From positions 71,156 to 135,155 of the forward strand of contig CAWBIJ010000003.1 in assembly GCA_963788975.1 (NCBI GenBank): a DNA stretch of 64,000 nt, written 5' to 3'. This DNA comes from an uncultured Solirubrobacterales bacterium. Lineage in GTDB: Bacteria > Actinomycetota > Thermoleophilia > Solirubrobacterales > 70-9. The translations under genes and the position numbers were made by a program. The notes below the pieces were generated by a model, which was not told the origin of the DNA, did no database searches, and saw only the letters and a program-made list of their open reading frames with translations. Positions 53,089 to 61,913 of the stretch are shown here, in pieces (the first letter of the stretch is position 1; each line of letters opens with the position of its first letter).

Positions 53089-54944
53089 AGTCGGTGCGGA
53101 CCGGAATCGCCGGGACCGCCCTGGTCCTGATCATGGTCGGGACTCTTTCCAGCGCGGCCTTCGCCTACTTCTCGACCAAAGGCGCGGGCAACGCAACCGC
53201 GGGCGTCTCGAAACTGTCCACGCTGACGACCGTCACCGCGACACCCGCTGTCGGCGGCACGGTGGCGTTGAGCTGGAGCGCGGTGGTCCCCCCCGGGCCG
53301 GGCACCGTCACCTACGCCGTCTCGCGCAACGGGGGGGCGCCCAGCGGCGCCTGTCCGAGCGCCTCTGCCCGGACTCCGGTCACCAGCTGCACCGACAGCG
53401 GTCTCGACGTCGGCACCTACGACTACGTCGTCACGGCGTACTGGCGCTCCTGGAGCGCCGGCAGCTCCACCGCCACGGCGAAAGTCACGGTCGGGCAGGC
53501 GACGCACCTGGACCTCAAAGCCGCGTCCACGACCCCGACGGCGGGAGCCACGAACAACCTGACGATCACCGCCCAGGACGCGAACGACAACACCGTCACC
53601 ACCTACACCGGCTCTCGCAGCCTCACCTTCTCGGGCGCCTCGGCCAGCCCCAACGGAACGAACCCCACCGTGAGCAACAGCTCCGGAACGGCGATCGCCT
53701 TCGGTTCGGCGACCACGATCAGCTTCAGCTTGGGGGTCGCCGAAGTCTCCTCCAAAAACGGGGTGATGAGGCTCTACAAGAGCGGGGCGACGAGCGTCAA
53801 AGTCACCGACGGCTCGATCTCCAGCTCGCCGGATCTCGCCCTCACCGTCGCGCTCGAGGCGTCCTCGAAAATCTCGCTCGCCGCTGCCTCGGCGACGCCC
53901 ACGGCGGGGGTCGCGAACGACCTGACCATCACGGTTTCCGACACCTACGGCAACCCGCTGCCGACGTATACGGGACCGCGCAACCTGACCTTTACCGGCG
54001 CCTCGCCCAGCGCTTGGGGCAATACACCTACTGTCAGCGACAGCTCCGGGGTCGACGTCCCGCTCGGCTCGACAACCGCGATCGACTTCGACGCCGGGGT
54101 GGCAAAAGTCGCCGGCGCCGCCAACGGCGTGTTGAAACTCTACAAAAGCGAGAGCACCAGCATCAAAGTGAGCGACGGCTCGCTCAGCGCCTCGACCTCC
54201 GTGACCGTCGCTGCGGCGGCAGCGACGAGCCTCTCGCTCGCCGCTGCCTCGACGACGCCCACCGCGGGAGCCTCCAACAACCTGACCACCACCGCGTTCG
54301 ACCCCTACGGGAACACCGCGACCTCCTACACCGGCTCCCGCAACCTCACCTTCTCGGGCTCCTCGGCGAGCCCCAACGGAACCCTGCCGACCGTGACCAG
54401 CAGCGGCGGCACCGCCATCGCCTTCGGTGCGGTAACTGCGATCAACTTCAACTCAGGCGTCGCCAAAGTCTCTTCGTCGAACAACGGGGTGATGAAACTC
54501 AATCGCGCCGGTGCGGCGAGTGTCGTAGTCAGCGACGGCACCATCTCCTCGGCCCCTCTGTCCGTCACCGTCAGCCCGGGGCCCCCGTCAAGGCTGGCCT
54601 TCTCCGGCGTCGGAATCAGCGGCGGCGTTCTCAGCTCGATCTGCTCCTTCACCTGCTCGGTGACTGGGCTGGGCAACAGCGGCACGATCACTGCGAAAGT
54701 CAGCGTCACCGACAGCCTCGCCAATACCGTCAACGCGGTGGGCACAGGCCAGAGCGTCAAAGTCACCTCGACCGGCGGCGCCATCGTCGGCAGCCCCCTC
54801 ACGATTAACAGCTCCGGCCCTGCCGAATCCGCGACCCAGTTCACCTTCACCGCCAAATCGAAAGGCAGCTACACCGAGACGATCACCGCCGCGACCTCAG
54901 CCGGCACCACCTACACCAGCGCGACGCTGACAGCGAGCCGGTAG
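53085..54944 (+). CDS. large exported repeat protein with SipW-type signal peptide and Ig-like (Big/invasin-like) repeats
   Basis: ATGA overlap with the previous ORF. SSAAFAYFSTKGAGNA follows the TM helix. It then has an Fn3-like segment and four repeats of roughly 100 aa (L.AAS.TPTAG..N.LTIT..D.YGN....YTGSR.LTFSG.S.SPNG..PTVS..SG...). Confidence 0.7.
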   Translation: MKSVRTGIAGTALVLIMVGTLSSAAFAYFSTKGAGNATAGVSKLSTLTTVTATPAVGGTVALSWSAVVPPGPGTVTYAVSRNGGAPSGACPSASARTPVTSCTDSGLDVGTYDYVVTAYWRSWSAGSSTATAKVTVGQATHLDLKAASTTPTAGATNNLTITAQDANDNTVTTYTGSRSLTFSGASASPNGTNPTVSNSSGTAIAFGSATTISFSLGVAEVSSKNGVMRLYKSGATSVKVTDGSISSSPDLALTVALEASSKISLAAASATPTAGVANDLTITVSDTYGNPLPTYTGPRNLTFTGASPSAWGNTPTVSDSSGVDVPLGSTTAIDFDAGVAKVAGAANGVLKLYKSESTSIKVSDGSLSASTSVTVAAAAATSLSLAAASTTPTAGASNNLTTTAFDPYGNTATSYTGSRNLTFSGSSASPNGTLPTVTSSGGTAIAFGAVTAINFNSGVAKVSSSNNGVMKLNRAGAASVVVSDGTISSAPLSVTVSPGPPSRLAFSGVGISGGVLSSICSFTCSVTGLGNSGTITAKVSVTDSLANTVNAVGTGQSVKVTSTGGAIVGSPLTINSSGPAESATQFTFTAKSKGSYTETITAATSAGTTYTSATLTASR

Positions 54945-54979
54945 CGCGCGCAGGGGCACTCCGACGGTCGGGACGCCCG

Positions 54980-56530
54980 TCAGCTGGAACCGACCACTCC
55001 AGCGACACCACCGGCCCGTCCTAGCTGTGAGAGCGGTTCGTCGTCCCCCGGGTTGTGCGGCGGCACCCAGCTTGGACAGGTATGCCGCGGGGGGAAGGCC
55101 GGGGCTTCGTCGCAGAGGACGAAGGTGCCGGTCGTGATCCATTCGTCGACGCAGTACGCCTCTTCGGTTTGGCCCTGAGTCGGGTAATAGCATTCGTGGT
55201 AGTAGTTCGCCCCACTCGACTTTTCGCAGTGGAAGTACTGCCGCAGGCCAGCGCACTCGGCCGAGCTCGGCAGATGGCGTTCGGTGACGAGCATGTAGTC
55301 GGTCACCTTCACCGTGTACAGGGGTCCCATGAAGTCGTTCAGGTACACCTTGGCCGAGCAGTGGTCCAGCGAGCCGAAGGGGCGCTGCGTCGCTTCCCCG
55401 GCCCAGTAAGCGCCGCCCTCGGTCTTGACGGTAGTTCCGACCATCTCGGGTCCGGACACGCCGTCGAACGGGACGCCGTACCCGCTCATTGTCGTCTTCC
55501 ACCGGAAGTCGGTTCCCTCGGCTTCGAATTTGCCATATTTGAGGACGCTGGAGCGATTGCGTATGTGAAAGCGGCATTCGGAGCTGTTCGGTGGGTTGCC
55601 GATGCTGGGATCGATGAAGAGGCTGACGCCGCGAAAGCGCCGGGGCGGCGGAAGGCGCGGCGCCAGGCCGTCAGCGAGCCAGCTCCCGCCCTGTTTGAGC
55701 CGGCGGGCGTCGAGGCGCAAGACCGAGCCGTCGAGGCGCGGGTTGCTCAGCTCGAGAGCGACCGAGGCGCCACGGCCTGAGCGCGCAAGCACGTCGAGGG
55801 CGCCGTTGGGCGAAGAGTCGGAGAACAGGCTGCGCCACCAACGTCCGAAGAAGGACGGCGAGCCGACGTTGTAGCTGAGGTCGACCGGGTGATCGGAGAA
55901 GGCGACCACGTGGTCGCGAACCCCCCTCAAGGTCAGCTCGTACCCGCCTTTCCTGCCCCGATCGAGGCGACCCGACTCCGCTCCGGTGACGAAGAGGAGG
56001 TCCACCCCGACCCGCTTGCGCGGAGCGGATTCGGGTCGCCCACCGCCGCGGGGGCGGGTATCGAAGAAGAGACTGGCCGATCCGAAGCGACGCGGCGGAG
56101 TTCGATCGACGCGGTGGGCGTAGTGATCGAGATCGCTGCTGTGAGTGGCCGGGACCCGAGCGGCCAGCCGCAGAGTCCCGCCTTTCAGGCGAGGGTGGCT
56201 GACGGTGAGGACCAGGGCATCCCGGCGGTTGTCGGAGTCGCGTAGGTCGAGCGCCACCGACGGAGGCATCGGGTTCGCTCGCCGCCAGAACGCCCCAAAG
56301 AAGCGACGGGTCGCCATGCTGAACGCGTCGCGGCGCGGCCGGTCCGAGAAGCCGACGACCCGATGCGGCAGCCCGGACAGGGTGAGCGAGTAACGGCCCT
56401 CCCCCTTCGGCACCAACCTGCCTCCCTCGGCCTGAACCGCGAAGAGCACGTCCGCGCTGGACGAAGCGCGTCCGCCGTCAGCCGCAGCGGGGGGGCCCGC
56501 AGCTAGAAAGCCCACCGTAAGCAAGACCAT
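54980..56530 (-). CDS. secreted protein: two tandem domains of about 135 aa plus Cys-rich C-terminal domain
   Basis: The repeats are ADVLFAVQAEGGRL...HRVVGFSDRP...RRFGSASLFFD and VDLLFVTGAESGRL...DHVVAFSDHP...RRFRGVSLFID. The C-terminal 200 aa carry about 9 Cys. The start is uncertain because the hydrophobic leader continues upstream of the ATG. Confidence 0.6.
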   Translation of the reverse strand: MVLLTVGFLAAGPPAAADGGRASSSADVLFAVQAEGGRLVPKGEGRYSLTLSGLPHRVVGFSDRPRRDAFSMATRRFFGAFWRRANPMPPSVALDLRDSDNRRDALVLTVSHPRLKGGTLRLAARVPATHSSDLDHYAHRVDRTPPRRFGSASLFFDTRPRGGGRPESAPRKRVGVDLLFVTGAESGRLDRGRKGGYELTLRGVRDHVVAFSDHPVDLSYNVGSPSFFGRWWRSLFSDSSPNGALDVLARSGRGASVALELSNPRLDGSVLRLDARRLKQGGSWLADGLAPRLPPPRRFRGVSLFIDPSIGNPPNSSECRFHIRNRSSVLKYGKFEAEGTDFRWKTTMSGYGVPFDGVSGPEMVGTTVKTEGGAYWAGEATQRPFGSLDHCSAKVYLNDFMGPLYTVKVTDYMLVTERHLPSSAECAGLRQYFHCEKSSGANYYHECYYPTQGQTEEAYCVDEWITTGTFVLCDEAPAFPPRHTCPSWVPPHNPGDDEPLSQLGRAGGVAGVVGSS

Positions 56531-56645
56531 TACAGCCAGAGACAGGGGGGCGACGACGGCCCGCCACCAGCGCGAATTGCCAACCGAGACCTCGATGGCC
56601 GCGCAGGCTATCCACAGGATTGGACGCTCTTGGCCCGCGGTCTCA

Positions 56646-57470
56646 TCAACGCCGGTAACCCACGGCCATCAGCCCACCGTTACTGGAGAGCTGGCCGACT
56701 TCTCTGCGCAACGCGTTAGGGTCGAAGCCGCTCCGCACCTCGAGGCGCCTGGGCAGGGCGTAGAGGGTGAAGACGTAGGTCTCGCTCAAGCCTTGCGGCG
56801 GGCAGACCGTGTAGCCGACCTTGCCGAAGCTGTTGCGGCCCATGACGGCGCCCTTGGGGAGCCGACCTGCCGGTATGCCTGTCAGGTCCGGGTCGATGCC
56901 CGCAACGGCCCAGCTGTAGGACAGTTCGCCTTCGACCGGCCTCAAGCTCATCGCGAAGAGCGCCAGTTCGGCGGTGTCGGGGGGAATTCCCTGCCAGGCG
57001 AGCTCGGGCCAGATGTCCTCACCGTCGCAGGTGTTGGCGGCGGCGAGCATGGGCGGGCCGCCGGTGGACGCGGGCTGAAGCGTCGGGCTTTCGAGGCGCA
57101 TGCTCTGCGTCGTAGCTTCGGCGCGCTGCCTGGGGGTGATCCCCTTCTCCCGTTCGCCGGAGGGAACCACGACTTCCGGACTGGGCTCGCCCTGAGTCTC
57201 CGGTCCCTGCCTGCCCTGGCTCGAAGCGGCCTTTGACCCCGGGCCCGGGACTGGGTTCGGGCCCGGGGTCGCAGGCTCGTTCGCAGGGCTTTCCGTCTCT
57301 GCCTGTTCGCCCTGCGAAGTCGGCGCGCTCGCCGTCTGGTCGTCGGAGGAGCCGTCTCCACAGCCGGACAGGGCGAGCGTCGCCGCGGCGGCGAGTGCCA
57401 GGATCACCCTGGCACTCGCCTGCCGGATCTTGGGGCTCAGGACACGCTCAGCGCGGCTTCTCGGTTCCAT
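56646..57470 (-). CDS. lipoprotein with divergent PEBP (YbhB/YbcL-like) domain
   Basis: Lipobox LALSGCG and a low-complexity linker. The C-terminal SYSWAVAGIDPDLTGIPAG...GRNSFGKVGYTVCPPQGLSETYVFTLYALP fits the PEBP G.n..g...Y.GP.PP.G..H.Y.F.lyAL pattern with substitutions. Confidence 0.55.
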   Translation of the reverse strand: MEPRSRAERVLSPKIRQASARVILALAAAATLALSGCGDGSSDDQTASAPTSQGEQAETESPANEPATPGPNPVPGPGSKAASSQGRQGPETQGEPSPEVVVPSGEREKGITPRQRAEATTQSMRLESPTLQPASTGGPPMLAAANTCDGEDIWPELAWQGIPPDTAELALFAMSLRPVEGELSYSWAVAGIDPDLTGIPAGRLPKGAVMGRNSFGKVGYTVCPPQGLSETYVFTLYALPRRLEVRSGFDPNALRREVGQLSSNGGLMAVGYRR

Positions 57471-58057
57471 CCAAACCCTTCGGAGGGGAAGAACCCGTTC
57501 CATTCGACCGGTTCACCGAACGCTTCCAGGGTCGTGCCCGTCGCTTTGAAGCTCGACGGGCTGAACGTCGCGCTTTCGGTCGCGTTGCTGAGCAGGCCGC
57601 CGGCGGAGCCGGTGACGTTGACCCACCATCCCCACACCGGGCAGAACCAGCCGCCGTAGAGGATCCAGACGTCAACGCCTTTGACCGTCAGGTAGTTGCT
57701 GCTGCTGACCGTGGACAGTTTGGCGGGCCAGGGGAACGATTCGGCTTCGATCGCTTCCACCGTGCAGGTCGTGTTCGTGTAGCAGTTGAACAGGGGCAGG
57801 TCGGTGACGTTTCCTTCGCCCGTCCCCCCGGTGTTCCAGATCGATACCTGGTAGAGGAAGTTGTCGCAGGTGGTCGTCATCCCCCACATGCTGAGGCCGC
57901 TTTTTTCGGCCCCACCGAGGAGCGTTTCCGTGCCTTTCAGTTCTGCTCCGCCGAACCTCCAGGCAGGAGCCGCGCTCGCGCCGGCCGCTAAGACGCCGCA
58001 GAGCGCCAAGGCCGCGAGCAGGCCCGCCAGGAGGGCTCTTGCTCTCTTCGTATTCAT
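57437..58057 (-). CDS. secreted Trp/Cys-rich hypothetical protein
   Basis: Internal ATG (58055-58057, preceded by AAGGAGAGAG) of ORF 57437-58177. The signal peptide is MNTKRARALLAGLLAALALCGVLAAGASA. Confidence 0.6.
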   Translation of the reverse strand: MNTKRARALLAGLLAALALCGVLAAGASAAPAWRFGGAELKGTETLLGGAEKSGLSMWGMTTTCDNFLYQVSIWNTGGTGEGNVTDLPLFNCYTNTTCTVEAIEAESFPWPAKLSTVSSSNYLTVKGVDVWILYGGWFCPVWGWWVNVTGSAGGLLSNATESATFSPSSFKATGTTLEAFGEPVEWNGFFPSEGFGWNREAALSVS

Positions 58058-58272
58058 GATCTCTCTCCTTGCAGTGCTTGTTAGCAACGCAGACTGGGTA
58101 GGGCGCTCTGCGCTTCTCTCCCTTGCCGTCCCTCGCTCAGTCGACCGCAGCCGATCAGTTGAGCACGGTTCGCTCATTAGGAACGCCCGCCAATCTTCTA
58201 CCGCACCGGTCAGACAAGAGCAAGTAATCGCGGTCTATGTCGTCTAACTAGCCAGTCAGAGCTTGAGGAGAA

Positions 58273-58303
58273 GGCGGACAACCGGATTCGAGCCGGCGAC
58301 CCC
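58273..58303 (-). other. tRNA 3'-half-like fragment (T-arm plus acceptor 3' strand), no complete tRNA
   Basis: The minus strand reads GGGGTC GCCGG CTCGAAT CCGGT TGTCCGC C, that is a T-stem, a TTCGAAT-like loop, a T-stem, a 7-nt acceptor strand and a discriminator. I could not fold an anticodon arm, D-arm or matching 5' acceptor strand (GCGGACA) upstream. Confidence 0.4.
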
Positions 58304-58318
58304 GGATGCGTCTGGTGT

Positions 58319-58867
58319 TCAGGTAGCCCCCCGGGCGGTGAGCGCGGGCGTGTCGGGGATGACGTCTTTCGGCTCGCGCGAGAGCTTTCCGAGGCCCCGG
58401 AGAACCCGCACGAGGGTCAACAGACCCTTCGGCGATCTCAGGTTGATGGCACCGAGGAGCTGTCGCAGGAACGAAAGCTGATCGAAGTAGACCCGCTCAC
58501 AGACGAGCTCCTCGTTCTCGTCGAAGACGAAGAAGGCAGTCATCCGAACCTTGAAGGAACCGCCCGTCGGCGGCACTGGGCCGAGCGGTCCCAGGTGGGT
58601 GCCAAGCAGATAGAACTCGACGACCACCGCGTCTTCGCAGTGCCGGAGCGCGATCATCTCGTGCCGCTGATCGGGAAATGCCACACGCGTTTCGTGGTAG
58701 TACCCGCGCACCGCCGAATTGCCGTCGTGCACAGTCTGCGTGGGCACGATCTCATAGCGTGGATGCGGGAAAGTCGAGAGGACCGCGTCCCAGTCCTGCT
58801 CTACCTCATCATGGAAATGGTCCAGCACGACCTTCTCGCGCCGTGCTCGGACCTCGTCGGTAAGCAC
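58319..58867 (-). CDS. SnoaL-like / NTF2-fold (ester cyclase-like) protein
   Basis: REKVVLDHFHDEVEQDWDAVLSTF...AVRGYYHETRVAFPDQRHEMIALRHCEDAVVVEFYLLGTHLG...MTAFFVFDENEELVCERVYFD. Confidence 0.7.
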   Translation of the reverse strand: MLTDEVRARREKVVLDHFHDEVEQDWDAVLSTFPHPRYEIVPTQTVHDGNSAVRGYYHETRVAFPDQRHEMIALRHCEDAVVVEFYLLGTHLGPLGPVPPTGGSFKVRMTAFFVFDENEELVCERVYFDQLSFLRQLLGAINLRSPKGLLTLVRVLRGLGKLSREPKDVIPDTPALTARGAT

Positions 58868-59076
58868 TTTGCTCCTCCCTCGGTCAAGGCTTCAGGCTTT
58901 CGCCCGGCGACCCTCGGCCACCGGACTCGATCATCTTGCCGCAGCCGATACCCGCCGTGCACGAAGGTCCAGCGAGCCGGCCAGTGACACAGCGCACGAA
59001 AAAAGCCGCCGGCCCGATTCCGTGATCGAGCCGGCGGCCTCGTAGGTCCTAGCTGTGGCCAGGCCCTAGCTGACGA

Positions 59077-61911
59077 TCATTTGGTCACCAGGCTGACAGT
59101 GACCGTGCCGTTGCCGTCCCAGTCCCCCGTCACCGGGTCGTACTGCGAGCCGCCGAACTGGAAGGAGATGTCGCTGCCGTTGGTGCCGTTGTTGGCGTTG
59201 CGCAGGATCCAACTGCCGGCGTTTTTTTCATATAGCCCGATCGTGGTGCCGCCTTTGCCGTCCCAGTCGCCGGTGAGCGGCGTGAACTGCGAGCCGCCGA
59301 ACTGGAAGGAGATGTCGACAGGGCCGCTGCTGTTGCTGTTGCGCAAAGCCCAGGTACCGGCGTTTTTTTCGAAGAGCCCGATCGTCGTCGTGCCGTTGCC
59401 ATTCCAGTCGCCGGTTATCGGCGTGAACTGCGAGCCGCCGAACTGGAAGGAGATGTCTTTGCCGTTGTTGCCGTCGTTTGCGTTGCGCAGGATCCAAGTG
59501 CCGGCGTTTTTTTCATACAGCCCGATCGTCGTCGTGCCGTTGCCGTCCCAGTCGCCGGTTATCGGCGTGAACTGCGCGCCGCCGAACTGGAAGGAGATGT
59601 CGACAGGGCCGCTGCTGTTGCTGTTGCGCAGCTTCCAGGTGCCGGTTGCCGGGTAGTAGACACCCGGCGTCTCGGTGCCGTTGCCATCCCAGTCTCCCAC
59701 CACAGCCGTTTCCCCGGGCCAACCGAACCAGAAGTTGAGATCGGGCGATCCCCCCGAGTTCGAGTTGCGGGAAAGCCAGTTGCGTTCCACGGGCGAGTTC
59801 GGATCGGCGAGGCCTATCGAGGTGCCGCCTTTGCCGTCCCAGTCGCCGGTGAGCGGCGTGAACTGCGAGCCGCCGAACTGGAAGGAGATGTCTTTGCCGT
59901 TGTTGCCGTCGTTTGCGTTGCGCAGGATCCAGCTGCCGGCGTTTTTTTCATAGAGCCCGATCGTCGTCGTGCCGTTGCCGTCCCAGTCGCCGGTGAGCGG
60001 CATGAACTGCGAGCCGCCGAACTGGAAGGAGATGTCTTTGCCGTTGTTGCCGTCGTTTGCGTTGCGCAGGATCCAAGTGCCGGCATTTTCTTCAAATAGG
60101 CCGATCGTCGTCGTGCCGTCGCCGTCCCAGTCGCCGGTGAGCGGTTTGAACTGCGCGCCGCCGAACTGGAAGGAGATGTCTTTGCCGTTGTTGCCGTCGT
60201 TTGCGTTGCGCAGGATCCAGGTGCCGGCGGTCGGTTCATAGAGCCCGATCGTCGTCGTGCCGTTGCCGTCCCAGTCGCCGGTTATCGGCTTGAACTGCGA
60301 GCCGCCGAACTGGAAGGTGATATTGGCCGAACCCGTGCTGTTGCTGTTGCGCAGCTTCCAGACGCCGGTCGCCGGATCGTAGGCTCCTGGCGTCTCGGTG
60401 CCATTGCCATCCCAGTCGCCCACCACGGTGGTTTGGCCCGGCAAGCCGAACCAGAAGCCGGCATCGGGAGCCCCTCCCGAGTTGGAGTTGCGGATATGCC
60501 ATTTCACACCGGTCGTGAAGCTCCGATCCCCGCCATAGGTGGTCCCGGCCGGGCTCGTCCCTACCACCCGGTAGTGGTAGTGGGTATTCGGCTGGAGGTT
60601 CGTGATCGTGACGCTTTTGGGAATCGGAACCGAATCCGATCCGACTACCGCATTGGGCACCGGCATTGAGGTGCCGTAAGCCGTCGACGTCCCATATTCG
60701 AATCTGTATGACGTCTGCCAAGAGTTGGGATTGATGGTCCCATGGAGCGTCGCTTGGGTTTCCTGGATCGACGTCGCATCCCCGGTCACCACGCTCGGAA
60801 GGGGCCAAGGCGCAGCCCCCGTCTGTTCCTGGAATGCTCTCCAGGAAGGCCTATAAGCACCCCCGCGATCCCGCAAACCACAGTTTTCAGCCCAGTTATT
60901 CGGGTGCAGCGCGCCGTCCTGGATGTTGTACCAGAAGGCCGCCTGGATATTGAGCGCACCAGCGGCGCCTTTGACCCAGTTGTAGGCTTCGGTCAGGAGT
61001 GTGGCCTGCTGTGCCTCGGTGACGGTCGGTGCATCGCCAGCCACCGGCCAGCCCATCTCGGTGATCCACAGCGACCGGCTTGATCCCCAAGGCAAGGTGT
61101 TCAGCTTTTCGCGTACGAATCCGATCTCGGTCGTGAACTCGACCATTTTGCCGTTGAAGGCATAGGGGTGGATCGAGAGGCCGTGGTAGGAGCTGTAGAG
61201 GCCGGGCACTTCGTAGGCTTTTTCGAGGAACCACGGGTAGTTGGCAGTGCCCGTCATGTAGAGGCCGGCGAAGAGGACCTGGGTGCCGCCGCCGCTCTGT
61301 TCCTGCGAGCCCGCCTGGATCGCCGCCGCGGTGTAGATCAGGAAGCTGGCGTACTCATGGGGCAGGATTTTTTCTTCCCCGCCGACCAGAGGATTGTTGT
61401 GGTAGAGGTTCGGCTCGTTCCAGACCTCCCAGGTTGCCACGGGCCTCGGGTTCGCCTTTCCGGCCCAGAATTCGCCGTTGTAGCCGTAGCGCCTGATCAC
61501 GGCCTTGGTCCACGTGTACCAGCTTCCCCATCCCGGGTCCGAGGAGAGCAGGAAGCGAGTTCCCTGTGCGTTGCTGCGCACCAGGTAGGGGGAGATCGTG
61601 ATGCCGCGTTCCCAGGCGGCCTGGAAGATCGGGTCGTAGTGGGCCACCCAGTTCGGCGCCGCTTGGTCGATCGGCAGCCGGTAGTGAGTGGCACCCGAGC
61701 GCTTGACGGTCTCCAGTTCGTTGGGGCTGTAGTTCATCCACCCCAGGCCGATCGAGAGGGCCGAGGCGCTGGAGGCGCCGGCCAGGAGCAAGGTGAGGCT
61801 GGCGAGGCTCGATACGAGGAAAAGCCTCAGGCCCCGTGGCAATCTACTGTCATTTTCCCTGGCGATCATCATCTTTTCTCCCTCTGTTATTGCAACCGAG
61901 ATCTCGCTCAT
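59077..61911 (-). CDS. secreted clan GH-A (GH5/GH39-like) glycoside hydrolase with Fn3-like domain and 48-aa GDWDG repeats
   Basis: Catalytic motifs WEVWNEPN and LWITEMGW. An Fn3-like segment (YRFEYGTSTAYG...THYHYRVVG). Then about 10 repeats of GDWDGNGTTTIGLYE..AGTWILRNANDGNNGKDISFQFGGSQF.P.T. Confidence 0.8.
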   Translation of the reverse strand: MSEISVAITEGEKMMIARENDSRLPRGLRLFLVSSLASLTLLLAGASSASALSIGLGWMNYSPNELETVKRSGATHYRLPIDQAAPNWVAHYDPIFQAAWERGITISPYLVRSNAQGTRFLLSSDPGWGSWYTWTKAVIRRYGYNGEFWAGKANPRPVATWEVWNEPNLYHNNPLVGGEEKILPHEYASFLIYTAAAIQAGSQEQSGGGTQVLFAGLYMTGTANYPWFLEKAYEVPGLYSSYHGLSIHPYAFNGKMVEFTTEIGFVREKLNTLPWGSSRSLWITEMGWPVAGDAPTVTEAQQATLLTEAYNWVKGAAGALNIQAAFWYNIQDGALHPNNWAENCGLRDRGGAYRPSWRAFQEQTGAAPWPLPSVVTGDATSIQETQATLHGTINPNSWQTSYRFEYGTSTAYGTSMPVPNAVVGSDSVPIPKSVTITNLQPNTHYHYRVVGTSPAGTTYGGDRSFTTGVKWHIRNSNSGGAPDAGFWFGLPGQTTVVGDWDGNGTETPGAYDPATGVWKLRNSNSTGSANITFQFGGSQFKPITGDWDGNGTTTIGLYEPTAGTWILRNANDGNNGKDISFQFGGAQFKPLTGDWDGDGTTTIGLFEENAGTWILRNANDGNNGKDISFQFGGSQFMPLTGDWDGNGTTTIGLYEKNAGSWILRNANDGNNGKDISFQFGGSQFTPLTGDWDGKGGTSIGLADPNSPVERNWLSRNSNSGGSPDLNFWFGWPGETAVVGDWDGNGTETPGVYYPATGTWKLRNSNSSGPVDISFQFGGAQFTPITGDWDGNGTTTIGLYEKNAGTWILRNANDGNNGKDISFQFGGSQFTPITGDWNGNGTTTIGLFEKNAGTWALRNSNSSGPVDISFQFGGSQFTPLTGDWDGKGGTTIGLYEKNAGSWILRNANNGTNGSDISFQFGGSQYDPVTGDWDGNGTVTVSLVTK
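59100..60480. repeat. tandem 144-bp coding repeats (about 9-10 units)
   Basis: Recurring ...GCCGTCCCAGTCGCCGGTGAGCGGCGTGAACTGCGAGCCGCCGAACTGGAAGGAGATGTC... with a period of about 144 bp inside the glycosidase gene. Confidence 0.8.
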
Positions 61912-61913
61912 GA

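Noticed and set aside
58263-58481. 72-aa ORF MRRRRTTGFEPATPDASG...
   Set aside because: The TGFEPAT peptide is the usual translation of a tRNA T-arm read on the opposite strand. It also overlaps the SnoaL-like gene in antisense.
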